In this document: positions 38,022 to 47,173 of the stretch, one piece after another
Numbering within the stretch: the first letter of the stretch is position 1
Layout of the letters: every line of letters starts with the position of its first letter
From: a bacterium
GTDB lineage: Bacteria; Electryoneota; Electryoneia; Electryoneales; Electryoneaceae
Direction of reading: 5' to 3'
Length of the DNA: 64,000 nucleotides
NCBI GenBank assembly: GCA_043801585.1
Contig: JAZDLX010000007.1
Coordinates: 9,379 to 73,378 of the forward strand
The notes under the pieces: generated by a model
What the model saw: the letters and a program-made list of their open reading frames with translations, nothing else
Told to the model about the DNA's origin: nothing
Database searches by the model: none
Made by a program: the position numbers and the translations under genes

Positions 38022-39197
38022 ATGACTGGCGGTGGAAGCGGCAAAAGGTTTGTCTATCTCGACCACAGTGCGACCACGCCCGTCGATCCTCGAGTCGCTG
38101 AGGTTGTGCACCGTGCGATGGTCGAGGGTTGGGGAAATCCGTCGAGTCGCTACGAGAAAGGCAACGAGGCGAAGCTGATCCTTGACGAAGCCCGCCAAAG
38201 GATAGCGGAACTGCTCGGAGTGCAACCCGATGAGCTTTTCTTCACCTCCGGCGGTACGGAAGCGGACAACCTTGCGCTATTGGGCGCCATGGAGGTGTTG
38301 AGGCAAAAAGGGCGCAATCATCTCGTCGTCAGCACTCTTGAACACTCGGCGATCCTTCTGGCGGCGGAATACCTCCGTGACGAGGGTTTCGACGTCACGT
38401 TTCTCAAGGTGGGGAGTGATGGCGTTGTCGATCCGTCCGACCTGCGCAAAGCGATGAAAAAGACAACGGCCCTTGTCAGCGTGATGCATGTGAACAACGA
38501 GATCGGCACGATTCAGCCGGTCGCCGAACTTGCCGAAGTCGCACACAAGGCCGGGGCACTGTTTCACACCGATGGCGTTCAATCGTACGGGAAGCTGCCG
38601 CTGCCGGTCAGCGAGATCGGTGCGGACCTCGCGAGCATCTCTTCACACAAGATTTACGGGCCAAAGGGTGTCGGCGCCCTTTTTGTCCGCAAGGGTGTCG
38701 AACTTGTTCCACGGAGTTGGGGTGGCAAGCAGGAACGCGGCATCCGCACCGGAACCGAAAACATGCCGGGGATCGCCGGTTTCGCCGAGGCATCGCGCAT
38801 CTGCGCTCACGTGATGAGTGAAGATGCCGAGCGTATCGGCGCTCTGCAGGAGGAGTTCCATCGGCAGGTTGTGGATGCCTGCGACGGCGACGTTTTTCTG
38901 AACGGCAGCGCCGATCAGCGCATTTATCTCAACCTGAACCTCCGCTTCGAGGGAGTTGAGGGTGAGTCCCTGTTGCTCGCGCTGGATCTGGACGGTATCG
39001 CGGTTTCCACCGGTTCGGCGTGCAGCAGCGGGTCGACGAAACCGTCCCATGTGCTGATTGCGATCGGGATGAGTCAGCAGGCTGCTCACGAGTCGCTGAG
39101 GTTGACCCTCGGCCGCTCGAACACCGGCGAAGATCTCACCTGGGTAGCGTCACGTATCGGCTATCATGTCAAACGCCTGCGGGCGATGGCGTTTTAA
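38022..39197 (+). CDS. Cysteine desulfurase (class V aminotransferase, IscS/NifS/YrvO-like)
   Basis: It has the PLP-lysine motif SSHKIYGPKGVGAL and an active-site Cys loop STGSACSSG. It lies directly upstream of mnmA, as yrvO does in B. subtilis. Confidence 0.85.
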   Translation: MTGGGSGKRFVYLDHSATTPVDPRVAEVVHRAMVEGWGNPSSRYEKGNEAKLILDEARQRIAELLGVQPDELFFTSGGTEADNLALLGAMEVLRQKGRNHLVVSTLEHSAILLAAEYLRDEGFDVTFLKVGSDGVVDPSDLRKAMKKTTALVSVMHVNNEIGTIQPVAELAEVAHKAGALFHTDGVQSYGKLPLPVSEIGADLASISSHKIYGPKGVGALFVRKGVELVPRSWGGKQERGIRTGTENMPGIAGFAEASRICAHVMSEDAERIGALQEEFHRQVVDACDGDVFLNGSADQRIYLNLNLRFEGVEGESLLLALDLDGIAVSTGSACSSGSTKPSHVLIAIGMSQQAAHESLRLTLGRSNTGEDLTWVASRIGYHVKRLRAMAF

Positions 39198-39223
39198 GAG
39201 TCGCGTAAAGGCTCAATGAAATA

Positions 39224-39405
39224 GTCATCCTGAACGAAGTGAAGGATCTATGTTTTGCAGTTGTTCAGGTGAACACAGAGGCGGATCTGACGCTGAGAAC
39301 CAACACAAAGATTCTTCACTTCGTTCAGAATGACGAAGGGGTGAGCGTTTCAGGCGGATCGCGGGGCGGGTGGCCCGATCCTTCAGGGTCGGGTTTCAGG
39401 TAGGA
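39224..39405. repeat. Dispersed repeat (copy B): 25-bp inverted repeat with a 61-nt spacer plus a GGGTGGCCCGATCCTTCAGGGTCGGGTTTC block
   Basis: The arm 39224-39248 pairs with 39310-39334 (2 mismatches). The 3' block at 39370-39405 is nearly identical to 10779-10812. Confidence 0.5.
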
Positions 39406-39431
39406 TTTAGTTAAATTGGTGGTGTAACAAC

Positions 39432-40586
39432 ATGATAAAGCCTGGCAGCAGAGTCGGGGTGTTGATGAGCGGGGGAGTGGACAGCTCCGTCGCCGCACTG
39501 CTGCTCCGCGATCAGGGGTATGATGTCATCGGGATCACCCTCCAGCTTTGGGATTACGAAACGGCGGCGAGCCGTCCCCGGGGCGAGCGTGGATGCTGCG
39601 ACATCTCCCACCAGATGGACGCGCGGCATGTCTGCGCCGGCATCGGAATTTCGCACGTCGTGCTCGACCTTCGCGACGAGTTCACACGCAACGTTGTGCA
39701 GCCCTACGAGAATGCCTATCTCACCGGCATCACGCCGAATCCCTGTGTCACCTGTAATAGCAGGTTGAAATGGGGAGCGGTTCTCGCCAAGGCGGCGGCG
39801 CTTGAGGTAAATGCCATCGCCACCGGACATTATGCCCGCGTGGAACATCACCCGGAGGGGCCGATCCTGCGCAAGGGGCTGGATCCGGCCAAGGATCAGT
39901 CCTACGCCCTCTGGCAGGTGCCGCGTGAGGCGATTGCAAAAACCCTGTTTCCCCTCGGTGAGTGGACGAAGGAAAAAATCCGCCGGCGAGCCGTGTCGGC
40001 GGGATTGCGCAACGCGGACAAGCCCGACAGCCAGGAGGTCTGCTTCATCCCGGACCGCTACGACGAGTACCTTCGTGAACGGTATCCGGATCGTACGAGC
40101 ACGATTGGCGGTGGGGAAATCGTGGACGAATCCGGCCGGGTAGTGGGCCGGCATGACGGTTTCTTTGGTTTCACCATCGGCCAGCGCCGGGGATTGAACA
40201 TTTCCGACGGCCAGGGTCCCTATTATGTCACCGGCCTGGACGCCGAGCACAACCGTGTCATCGTCGGCAGTGCGGAGGGGCTCGCCAGCGAGGGATTGCT
40301 CGCCACGGCGGTCAACTGGAGCTCCTTTGATCCTCCCGGCGAGCCGACGCCCTGTACGGTCAAGGTCCGTTACAACGATCCTGAAGGAACCCCGGCAACA
40401 CTGCTGCCGGTGCGTGAGGACGGCCGTGTGGAAGTCCATTTCCACCGACCCGTCCGCGCTGTCACTCCGGGCCAGTCGGCGGTCTGGTATCGCGGCGATG
40501 CTGTCTGGGGCGGAGGTATCATTTCACGGGCTGTCAGGCGAATCCATCGTGAAGAAATGCTTGCCGGTCAGGAGGCTATGCGATGA
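39432..40586 (+). CDS. mnmA: tRNA-specific 2-thiouridylase
   Basis: It has a PP-loop, SGGVDSS, and the conserved catalytic Cys residues. Confidence 0.9.
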   Translation: MIKPGSRVGVLMSGGVDSSVAALLLRDQGYDVIGITLQLWDYETAASRPRGERGCCDISHQMDARHVCAGIGISHVVLDLRDEFTRNVVQPYENAYLTGITPNPCVTCNSRLKWGAVLAKAAALEVNAIATGHYARVEHHPEGPILRKGLDPAKDQSYALWQVPREAIAKTLFPLGEWTKEKIRRRAVSAGLRNADKPDSQEVCFIPDRYDEYLRERYPDRTSTIGGGEIVDESGRVVGRHDGFFGFTIGQRRGLNISDGQGPYYVTGLDAEHNRVIVGSAEGLASEGLLATAVNWSSFDPPGEPTPCTVKVRYNDPEGTPATLLPVREDGRVEVHFHRPVRAVTPGQSAVWYRGDAVWGGGIISRAVRRIHREEMLAGQEAMR

Positions 40587-41413
40587 GCACGACACGTGAA
40601 GCGGGGGGTAACGGCGTAAAGAAAGTGACGGTTCCCAACATTCTGGCGATGAAGCAGCGGGGTGAGAAAATCGCCGCATTGACCGCTTACGACGCCACCT
40701 TCGCCGCCGTTGAGGATGCCGCGGGACTAGACCTGATTCTCGTCGGAGATTCCGCCGGGATGGTGATCAAGGGCGAACCGGACACAATTTCGATCACTCT
40801 TGATGAGATGATCTTTCTGACGCGAAACGTCAGCCGTGGAGTTCATCGGGCGCTGCTTGCTGTGGATGTGCCCTTTGGGGTGATTCACCGCGGCACTCAG
40901 GCAACGCTCGACGGTTCCGTCCGCCTGATGAAAGAGGGTCGTGCCGAAGCGGTAAAAATCGAGGGCGCCGGTCCCGCGCTGGAACCGATACAAAGATTGA
41001 CCGAGTTGGGCGTGCCGGTGATCGGGCACCTCGGCCTGACCCCTCAGTCGGTACATGCTTTCGGGGGTTACGGTCTTCGCGGTGCGGAGGAGGATGAGGC
41101 TGCCCGGATCCGCCGGGATGCGCTCGCATTGCAGGAAGCGGGCGTGTTTGCGATTGTTCTCGAGAAAATTCCGCGAAAACTGGCCGCCGATATCAGCGCT
41201 TCCCTTCGCATTCCAACCATCGGCATCGCTTCCGGTCCCGAGTGTGATGGACAAATCCTGGTCGGCTATGACATGCTCGGCCTCGGTCCCAAATTCCGTT
41301 TCGCCCGGCGTTATCTGGAAGGCAGGGAACTGATCCGGAACGCTGTGGCGTCCTACGTCAAAGACATCCGCGAGGGCAGTTTCCCCAGCGAGAGCGAGAG
41401 TTTCGAGGCGTGA
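40583..41413 (+). CDS. panB: 3-methyl-2-oxobutanoate hydroxymethyltransferase
   Basis: The sequence TAYDATFA...LVGDSAGMV places it in the KPHMT family. It has an ATGA overlap with mnmA. Confidence 0.9.
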   Translation: MSTTREAGGNGVKKVTVPNILAMKQRGEKIAALTAYDATFAAVEDAAGLDLILVGDSAGMVIKGEPDTISITLDEMIFLTRNVSRGVHRALLAVDVPFGVIHRGTQATLDGSVRLMKEGRAEAVKIEGAGPALEPIQRLTELGVPVIGHLGLTPQSVHAFGGYGLRGAEEDEAARIRRDALALQEAGVFAIVLEKIPRKLAADISASLRIPTIGIASGPECDGQILVGYDMLGLGPKFRFARRYLEGRELIRNAVASYVKDIREGSFPSESESFEA

Positions 41414-41414
41414 G

Positions 41415-42269
41415 ATGGAGATTCTGAGCTCCGCAGCCGAGATGCGGAAGTGGTCGTTGGCAAAGCGGGCGCTGGGTCAACGGATCGGGCTTGTCCCGAC
41501 CATGGGATCTCTTCACGATGGACATCTGAGTCTCATCGACACGGCGAAAAAGCAAAGTGACCTTGTCGTCGTGTCGATCTTCGTTAATCCCCCGCAATTT
41601 GACCGCGCCAGCGACCTCGAAACCTATCCGCGAAACACGGAACGGGACCTTGAGTTGTGTCGTCAACGGGGGGTGGCTGCCGTCTACCTGCCGGATGCAC
41701 CCGGGATGTATCCCGATGGATACGCTACGTGGGTCACGGTGGAGAGGCTCGGTGATTTTCTGTGCGGGGCGACGCGCCTGGGCCATTTCCGCGGGGTCAC
41801 GACCGTCGTTGTAAAACTCTTTCACGCCGTCACGCCCCATCTCGCTGTCTTTGGCAGGAAGGATGCGCAGCAGGCGAGGATTGTCGAACGGATGACCTCT
41901 GATCTTGATTTCGGCGTTGCCATCGTTCTGGGCGACATCGTCCGTGAACCGGACGGACTGGCGATGTCGAGCCGCAACGCGAGGCTTGAGCCGGAACTCC
42001 GGAAACAGGCTCCTGCAATCCATCAGGGGTTGCTGGCAGCGAGAGAACGGTGGGCGAAAGGGGAGAGATCCTCATCCAAGTTGCGCGAAACCGTAACCTC
42101 CCACTTGAAGCGGCACGCACCCGATGCGAGGGTGGATTACATCGAAGTCGTGGATTGGGCCACTCTCTCTCCGGTCGACACGGTTCATGGCGATGTACTT
42201 CTCGCCACAGCCGTATTCTTCGACGAGGTGCGGCTGATAGACAACGAACTGCTGCTGGAGGAAAGATGA
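41415..42269 (+). CDS. panC: Pantoate--beta-alanine ligase
   Basis: It carries the PTMGSLHDGHLSLI (HIGH-like) motif. Confidence 0.9.
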   Translation: MEILSSAAEMRKWSLAKRALGQRIGLVPTMGSLHDGHLSLIDTAKKQSDLVVVSIFVNPPQFDRASDLETYPRNTERDLELCRQRGVAAVYLPDAPGMYPDGYATWVTVERLGDFLCGATRLGHFRGVTTVVVKLFHAVTPHLAVFGRKDAQQARIVERMTSDLDFGVAIVLGDIVREPDGLAMSSRNARLEPELRKQAPAIHQGLLAARERWAKGERSSSKLRETVTSHLKRHAPDARVDYIEVVDWATLSPVDTVHGDVLLATAVFFDEVRLIDNELLLEER

Positions 42270-43015
42270 GCGCCCCGCGCCTCGCCGCGGTGATTCTCGC
42301 TGCCGGTCAGGGTAAACGGATGAATTCCGATCTGCCGAAGGTGATGCACAAGGTCGGCGGACGTCCGATGGTTGAATTCGTCATCGAACGGGCGCAGGGG
42401 ATCGGAGCGGATCCGGTGATTGTCGTCATTGGACACGGCCGCGATCTGCTGATTCCGCTGTTGGAACAGAAAAACACTAAATATGTTGTTCAGGAACAGC
42501 AGCTTGGAACCGGTCACGCAGTACTGTGCACCGAATCGCAGCTCGCCGGGTTTGAGGGGACGGTCCTCGTTCTTGCGGGCGATGTTCCGCTCCTCTCCCA
42601 AGCAACCCTGACTGCTGCCGCAACGTTGCATCACGAGAAACATGCGTCCGTCACGATCATCACCGCCGATGCGCCCGATCCATCAGGGTACGGCCGGATT
42701 CTACGAGATTCCCATGGGGCGATTGTTGGCATCCGCGAACATAAAGACGCTTCCAATCAGGAACGTAATATTAAAGAAATCAACAGCGGTATTCTTCTTT
42801 TTGACGCCCGGTTTCTGTTCGACGCCCTCCGGAGGATTGGGAACGAAAACGCACAAGGGGAGTATTATTTAACGGACGTGGTCTTTCAGGCGTTTGACGC
42901 GGGCAGACCGGTCGCCGGTTTTGTTGCTCCCTATGACGAAATCCAGGGTGTCAACAGCCTCGAAGATCTTGCTCGTGCTGAAACCATCTGGCAGGAGAGA
43001 TCAGGTTTGTCTTGA
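42266..43015 (+). CDS. GlmU N-terminal-domain-like sugar-1-phosphate nucleotidyltransferase (no acetyltransferase domain)
   Basis: Motifs AVILAAGQGKRMNSDLPKVMH, LGTGHA and LAGDVPL match GlmU. The protein ends at the linker (GVNSLEDLARAE) where the LbH domain would normally begin. The start was moved to M73, giving an ATGA overlap with panC. Confidence 0.65.
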   Translation: MSAPRLAAVILAAGQGKRMNSDLPKVMHKVGGRPMVEFVIERAQGIGADPVIVVIGHGRDLLIPLLEQKNTKYVVQEQQLGTGHAVLCTESQLAGFEGTVLVLAGDVPLLSQATLTAAATLHHEKHASVTIITADAPDPSGYGRILRDSHGAIVGIREHKDASNQERNIKEINSGILLFDARFLFDALRRIGNENAQGEYYLTDVVFQAFDAGRPVAGFVAPYDEIQGVNSLEDLARAETIWQERSGLS

Positions 43016-43067
43016 TTATCTCTTATGCCAAATGGTACTTTAGGTTGTTCAGTGCGGAGGGTGCACG

Positions 43068-43637
43068 ATGCGAAAAAACCGTTTGGCAGCAGCCGGTCTG
43101 ATTGCGCTTCTGTTCGTCGCAAGCGCGTTTGGCCAGGCCCCCTACCGAGATCAACCACAGCAGACAACCCGTGAATCCATTACTCAGCCAGTGATACAAA
43201 ACGGGATTTCAGGTCTACTGGATCCCAGCAGGATTTCGATGAATCAGCAGTTCGGTATGAGTTACATGAGTTCGGGAGGACGGGGGTTCACTCAGGGCTA
43301 CTATCTCAACACTCTTTCATACCGATTCAGCGCTCCTGTGATGCTCAAACTTCATCTGGGCGCGACGAATAATCCATTTGCCCAATCGACAGAGTTGCCT
43401 GGTCAATCGGCGATTTCATCGCTGTTGTCCAATGCGGAATTTTTTGGCGGAGCCGATCTGATCTGGAAGCCACGGGATGACATGCGTCTCCAGCTTTCGT
43501 TCTATCAATATCCGTCCACATACAGTAACCCCTATGGTTACGGTTACGGAAACCGGCCGGGGTATGGATATGCAGGGATCAGCCCGTGGAGGTATTCCAA
43601 CCCGGCAATGATCAACTTTGACGATATCCAGCCTTGA
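43068..43637 (+). CDS. Secreted hypothetical protein (Gly/Tyr-rich)
   Basis: Signal peptide MRKNRLAAAGLIALLFVASAFG|QA. The C-terminus has a low-complexity repeat, YGYGYGNRPGYGYAG. Confidence 0.5.
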   Translation: MRKNRLAAAGLIALLFVASAFGQAPYRDQPQQTTRESITQPVIQNGISGLLDPSRISMNQQFGMSYMSSGGRGFTQGYYLNTLSYRFSAPVMLKLHLGATNNPFAQSTELPGQSAISSLLSNAEFFGGADLIWKPRDDMRLQLSFYQYPSTYSNPYGYGYGNRPGYGYAGISPWRYSNPAMINFDDIQP

Positions 43638-43693
43638 ACCAGTGGCATCATCAGAAATCGACGTTACACCAACCGTTGTAGGGAGAACTCCGC

Positions 43694-44242
43694 ATGAACC
43701 GGGTACCGCTGCGCGAAACCGGTCGTAAACCTTCGGAACATCTTGAGCGGCGTGTTAATCTCTTGACCATTCTTGTCGGCATTCAGGTCATCCTGCTTGT
43801 CGTCTTGCTTATCCTCGATTTCGCTCCCCGTTTACGGATCGGAGGAGGTGGGGAAGGCAGGATCAGTCCTGAACAGATGGCGGAGAATCCCACCGTGGAC
43901 ATGCCCGAACGTGGCGATCTGCCTCCGGAAGTTGAGCCGACGCGTCCCGTTCGCGTGGAAATCCTGAATGGTTGCGGGATTTCCCGTCTGGCGTCACGGT
44001 TTGCCGAAGTTCTTCGGGCGAAAGGATATGACGTCCGTGACACGCGCAACGCCGACCACTTGAACTACAGTAAAAGTTTGATCTATGACCGCACGAATCT
44101 GCAGGGTCAGGCGTTGCGCATAGCGCAATTCCTGTCGATTCCGGCGGACCGGGTGCTCGATCGGCCGAACCCGCAGCTCGTGGACATTGATCTAACCCTG
44201 ATTCTGGGAAAGGATTACGCAACCCTGACAACCGATCACTAA
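43694..44242 (+). CDS. LytR_C-domain membrane protein
   Basis: It has an N-terminal TM anchor and a C-terminal VEILNGCGISRLASRFAEVLRAKGYDV block typical of LytR C-terminal domains. Confidence 0.6.
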   Translation: MNRVPLRETGRKPSEHLERRVNLLTILVGIQVILLVVLLILDFAPRLRIGGGGEGRISPEQMAENPTVDMPERGDLPPEVEPTRPVRVEILNGCGISRLASRFAEVLRAKGYDVRDTRNADHLNYSKSLIYDRTNLQGQALRIAQFLSIPADRVLDRPNPQLVDIDLTLILGKDYATLTTDH

Positions 44243-44245
44243 GCC

Positions 44246-44611
44246 TTGACTTCCCGACAACTTGCACAGACCATCGGGGATCGCATGCTTGACAAGCAGG
44301 CGATGGATGTGGTGATCATCGACCTGCGCAAAGTGACTGCGATCGCCGATTTCTTTGTTATCAGCACCGGTTCCGTGGACGTCCATGTCAAGGCGATTGT
44401 GGACCATGTGGAGAGATCTTTGAAAACCGCGAGAGCCCCATTGCGGCCCCTTCATACCGAGGGATACAATCACCTGAACTGGGTGCTGCTGGATTATGGG
44501 GATGTTGTCGTCCACGTGTTTCAACCCGAGGCGCGCGCTTTCTACCAACTCGAGAGGTTGTGGGGAGACGCTCCGATAAAACGGGTGGAAGACGTTTTCC
44601 CCTCCGCCTGA
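44246..44611 (+). CDS. rsfS: Ribosome silencing factor RsfS (iojap)
   Basis: The sequence DVVIIDLRKVTAIADFFVISTG...NWVLLDYGDVVVHVF matches the family. Confidence 0.85.
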   Translation: MTSRQLAQTIGDRMLDKQAMDVVIIDLRKVTAIADFFVISTGSVDVHVKAIVDHVERSLKTARAPLRPLHTEGYNHLNWVLLDYGDVVVHVFQPEARAFYQLERLWGDAPIKRVEDVFPSA

Positions 44612-44652
44612 CCGGAAAACAGTGCCCATCAACCCAAAAGACAGATTGACAG

Positions 44653-46251
44653 ATGACGCTGAAAGACCGTTTAACGGACGCGGTTCGCTCCGCTTTGGCG
44701 ATTGATCAAATGCCCGAAGTCCAGTGGCAGGTGCCGAAACGTACCGACCTTGGTGATCTCGCAACAAACATTGCGATGGTCCTCGCCAAAACCCTTGGCA
44801 AAAATCCACGTGAGATCGCTGAACGGATTGTGGAACAGGTGGACTGGGAATCTCTGGGAGTGGAGCGCGTCGAGATCGCCGGTCCGGGATTTCTCAACCT
44901 GTTTCTCGGTTCCAGACATTTTCACGATGTCGTCAGATCCATCCTTCGTGAAGGGCCGGATTACGGCAAGTCGGATTCCGGCGGCGGCAGGAGTGTGCTC
45001 GTCGAATATGTCAGCGCCAACCCGACGGGGCCGTTGAACGTCGTCTCGGCGAGGGCGGCGGCAATCGGGGACAGCATCGTCCGTCTTCTGCGCAAAGCCG
45101 GTTGGAAGGCGGATGCCGAATTCTACGTCAACGACGCCGGGCGACAGGTTCGAAGGTTTGGCGAATCGATCATCGCGCGGGTGCGGGGTGTGGACGTTCC
45201 GGAAGACGGGTACCACGGAGAGGATGTCATTGCACGAGCCCACCAGCTTTTTCCCGATGGGACGATTCCTGACGATGCTGATCCGGAGGAAATCGGCCGC
45301 CGCGGGGCGGAGCTGAATGTCGCCGATCAGAGGAAAGTGCTGGAAACCTACGGCGTCAGCTTCGACCGCTGGTATTATGAGAGCGAGCTCCACGGATCCG
45401 GCGCTCCGATGAAAACGTTGTCGGAATTGAAGAAACGCGGGGCTGTCGCCGAGCGGGAGGGGGCGCTTTGGTTCCAGGGTACCTCCTATGGCGACACCGA
45501 GGACCGGGTTATTGTCACCTCCGAGGGGCGGCCGACCTATTTCCTGCCGGACATCGCCTATCACCTTTCGAAAGCACAGCGCGGATATAGCCGCGCGGTC
45601 GATCTGCTCGGCCCCGATCATCATGACTACGTAGGACGGATGCAGGCGGCACTGAGGGCTCTCGGGTACGATGGTTTTCTCGAGGTTCTGATCGTCCAGC
45701 AGGTGCATCTGATCGAAAGCGGCGAAAAGGTCAAGATGTCCAAGCGCGCCGGCAAACTGGTGACCCTCGAGGAATTGGTCGAGGAGGTCGGGAAGGATGT
45801 TGCCCGCTATTTCTTCCTGCAGCGGCGGACATCGTCGCCATTGGATTTCGATCTCGATCTCGCAAGGGAACAGAGCGACCGGAATCCGGTTTTCTACGTC
45901 CAGTACGCTCACACGAGGATCGCGGGAATCCTGCGCCAGGACGGTTGTCCGGCACCCGCGGTCGAGGCGGACCTGAGTCCGTTGAACCAGGAGACGGAGT
46001 TGGATCTGATCCGTCATCTCGAACAGTTCCCCGAGGTGATCGCCAGGGCTGCGGAGAGTTATGAACCGCAAAAAATGGTCGGCTACCTGGCGGAGCTTGC
46101 AACACGGTTCCACAAATTCTACACTTCAAGCCGTGTCGTCGGAGTCCAGGACGATGTATCCCTGGCACGTGCGTCGCTGGCGGAAGCGGCACGCATTGTA
46201 CTGGCGGAGGGACTGAATCTTCTGGGGGTCAGTGCTCCGGAAAGGATGTAA
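44653..46251 (+). CDS. argS: Arginine--tRNA ligase
   Basis: It is 532 aa with an N-terminal Arg-tRNA-synthetase domain, SANPTGPL at the HIGH position (HIGH is degenerate), and KMSKRAG. Confidence 0.9.
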   Translation: MTLKDRLTDAVRSALAIDQMPEVQWQVPKRTDLGDLATNIAMVLAKTLGKNPREIAERIVEQVDWESLGVERVEIAGPGFLNLFLGSRHFHDVVRSILREGPDYGKSDSGGGRSVLVEYVSANPTGPLNVVSARAAAIGDSIVRLLRKAGWKADAEFYVNDAGRQVRRFGESIIARVRGVDVPEDGYHGEDVIARAHQLFPDGTIPDDADPEEIGRRGAELNVADQRKVLETYGVSFDRWYYESELHGSGAPMKTLSELKKRGAVAEREGALWFQGTSYGDTEDRVIVTSEGRPTYFLPDIAYHLSKAQRGYSRAVDLLGPDHHDYVGRMQAALRALGYDGFLEVLIVQQVHLIESGEKVKMSKRAGKLVTLEELVEEVGKDVARYFFLQRRTSSPLDFDLDLAREQSDRNPVFYVQYAHTRIAGILRQDGCPAPAVEADLSPLNQETELDLIRHLEQFPEVIARAAESYEPQKMVGYLAELATRFHKFYTSSRVVGVQDDVSLARASLAEAARIVLAEGLNLLGVSAPERM

Positions 46252-46252
46252 G

Positions 46253-47170
46253 ATGGCTGAGGCAAAACCGATCCTTGTCGTTGGTTCAGCTGCGCTGGAT
46301 ACACTGAAAACTCCGATTGGCAACGAGGACGATGCGCTTGGTGGCTCCTCCTTTTATTTTTCCGCCGCGGCGAGTCTTTATGCTCCCGTGCGTCTGGTTG
46401 CCGTTGTCGGCGATGATTTTCCCATGGAGAAGATTGAGTTCCTGAAATCACGGAATGTCGATCTCTCGGGACTGGAAATCGCGAATGGCGAAACGTTCCG
46501 CTGGGGAGGACGGTATTACCACGACCCAAACAAACGCGATACCCTTTTCACGCGCCTGGGTGTCTTTGAATCCTTCGATCCGAAAATACCTGACCATTTT
46601 CACGACAGCCCCTTCATCTTTCTCGGAAACATCCATCCAGCCCTGCAGTTGAAAGTTCTCGACCAGATTGCAAACCCGGAACTCGTCGTCCTCGACACGA
46701 TGAACTTCTGGATTCAGGGCACTCCGAAAGAATTGGACAAAGTGATCGCCCGGGCGAACGTCCTGATTGTCAACGATGAAGAGGTGGTCGAGTTGACCGG
46801 GAAAGAGGTCCTCATCGACGCTGCGGAGGATCTCCTCGCGCGGGGTCCCTCCACGGTGGTTGTCAAGAAGGGGCAGCATGGAGCGGTTCTGTTCCGTGAG
46901 AAGGGCGATATTTTCTTCATGCCCGCGTTCCCCTTGAGATTGGTGAAAGACGCCACCGGGGCGGGGGACACGTTTGCCGGGGGCTTCCTCGGTTATCTGG
47001 CGACCCAGAAGAATCTGGACGATCCGATGGTCTGGAGACGCGCTGTTGTGCATGGTTCGGTTGTCGCCTCCTATGTAGTTGAGGAATTCTCAATGCGGCG
47101 CACGATGACCCTTTCGCAGAAGGACATCGAGGGAAGAGTGGAAAAATTCCGTGAAATGACGGCGTTCTGA
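46253..47170 (+). CDS. PfkB-family carbohydrate/nucleoside kinase
   Basis: It has an N-terminal GG motif and a C-terminal DATGAGDTFAGGF motif (the PfkB signature 2). An RBS, AAGGATG, precedes the start. Confidence 0.75.
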   Translation: MAEAKPILVVGSAALDTLKTPIGNEDDALGGSSFYFSAAASLYAPVRLVAVVGDDFPMEKIEFLKSRNVDLSGLEIANGETFRWGGRYYHDPNKRDTLFTRLGVFESFDPKIPDHFHDSPFIFLGNIHPALQLKVLDQIANPELVVLDTMNFWIQGTPKELDKVIARANVLIVNDEEVVELTGKEVLIDAAEDLLARGPSTVVVKKGQHGAVLFREKGDIFFMPAFPLRLVKDATGAGDTFAGGFLGYLATQKNLDDPMVWRRAVVHGSVVASYVVEEFSMRRTMTLSQKDIEGRVEKFREMTAF

Positions 47171-47173
47171 ATC

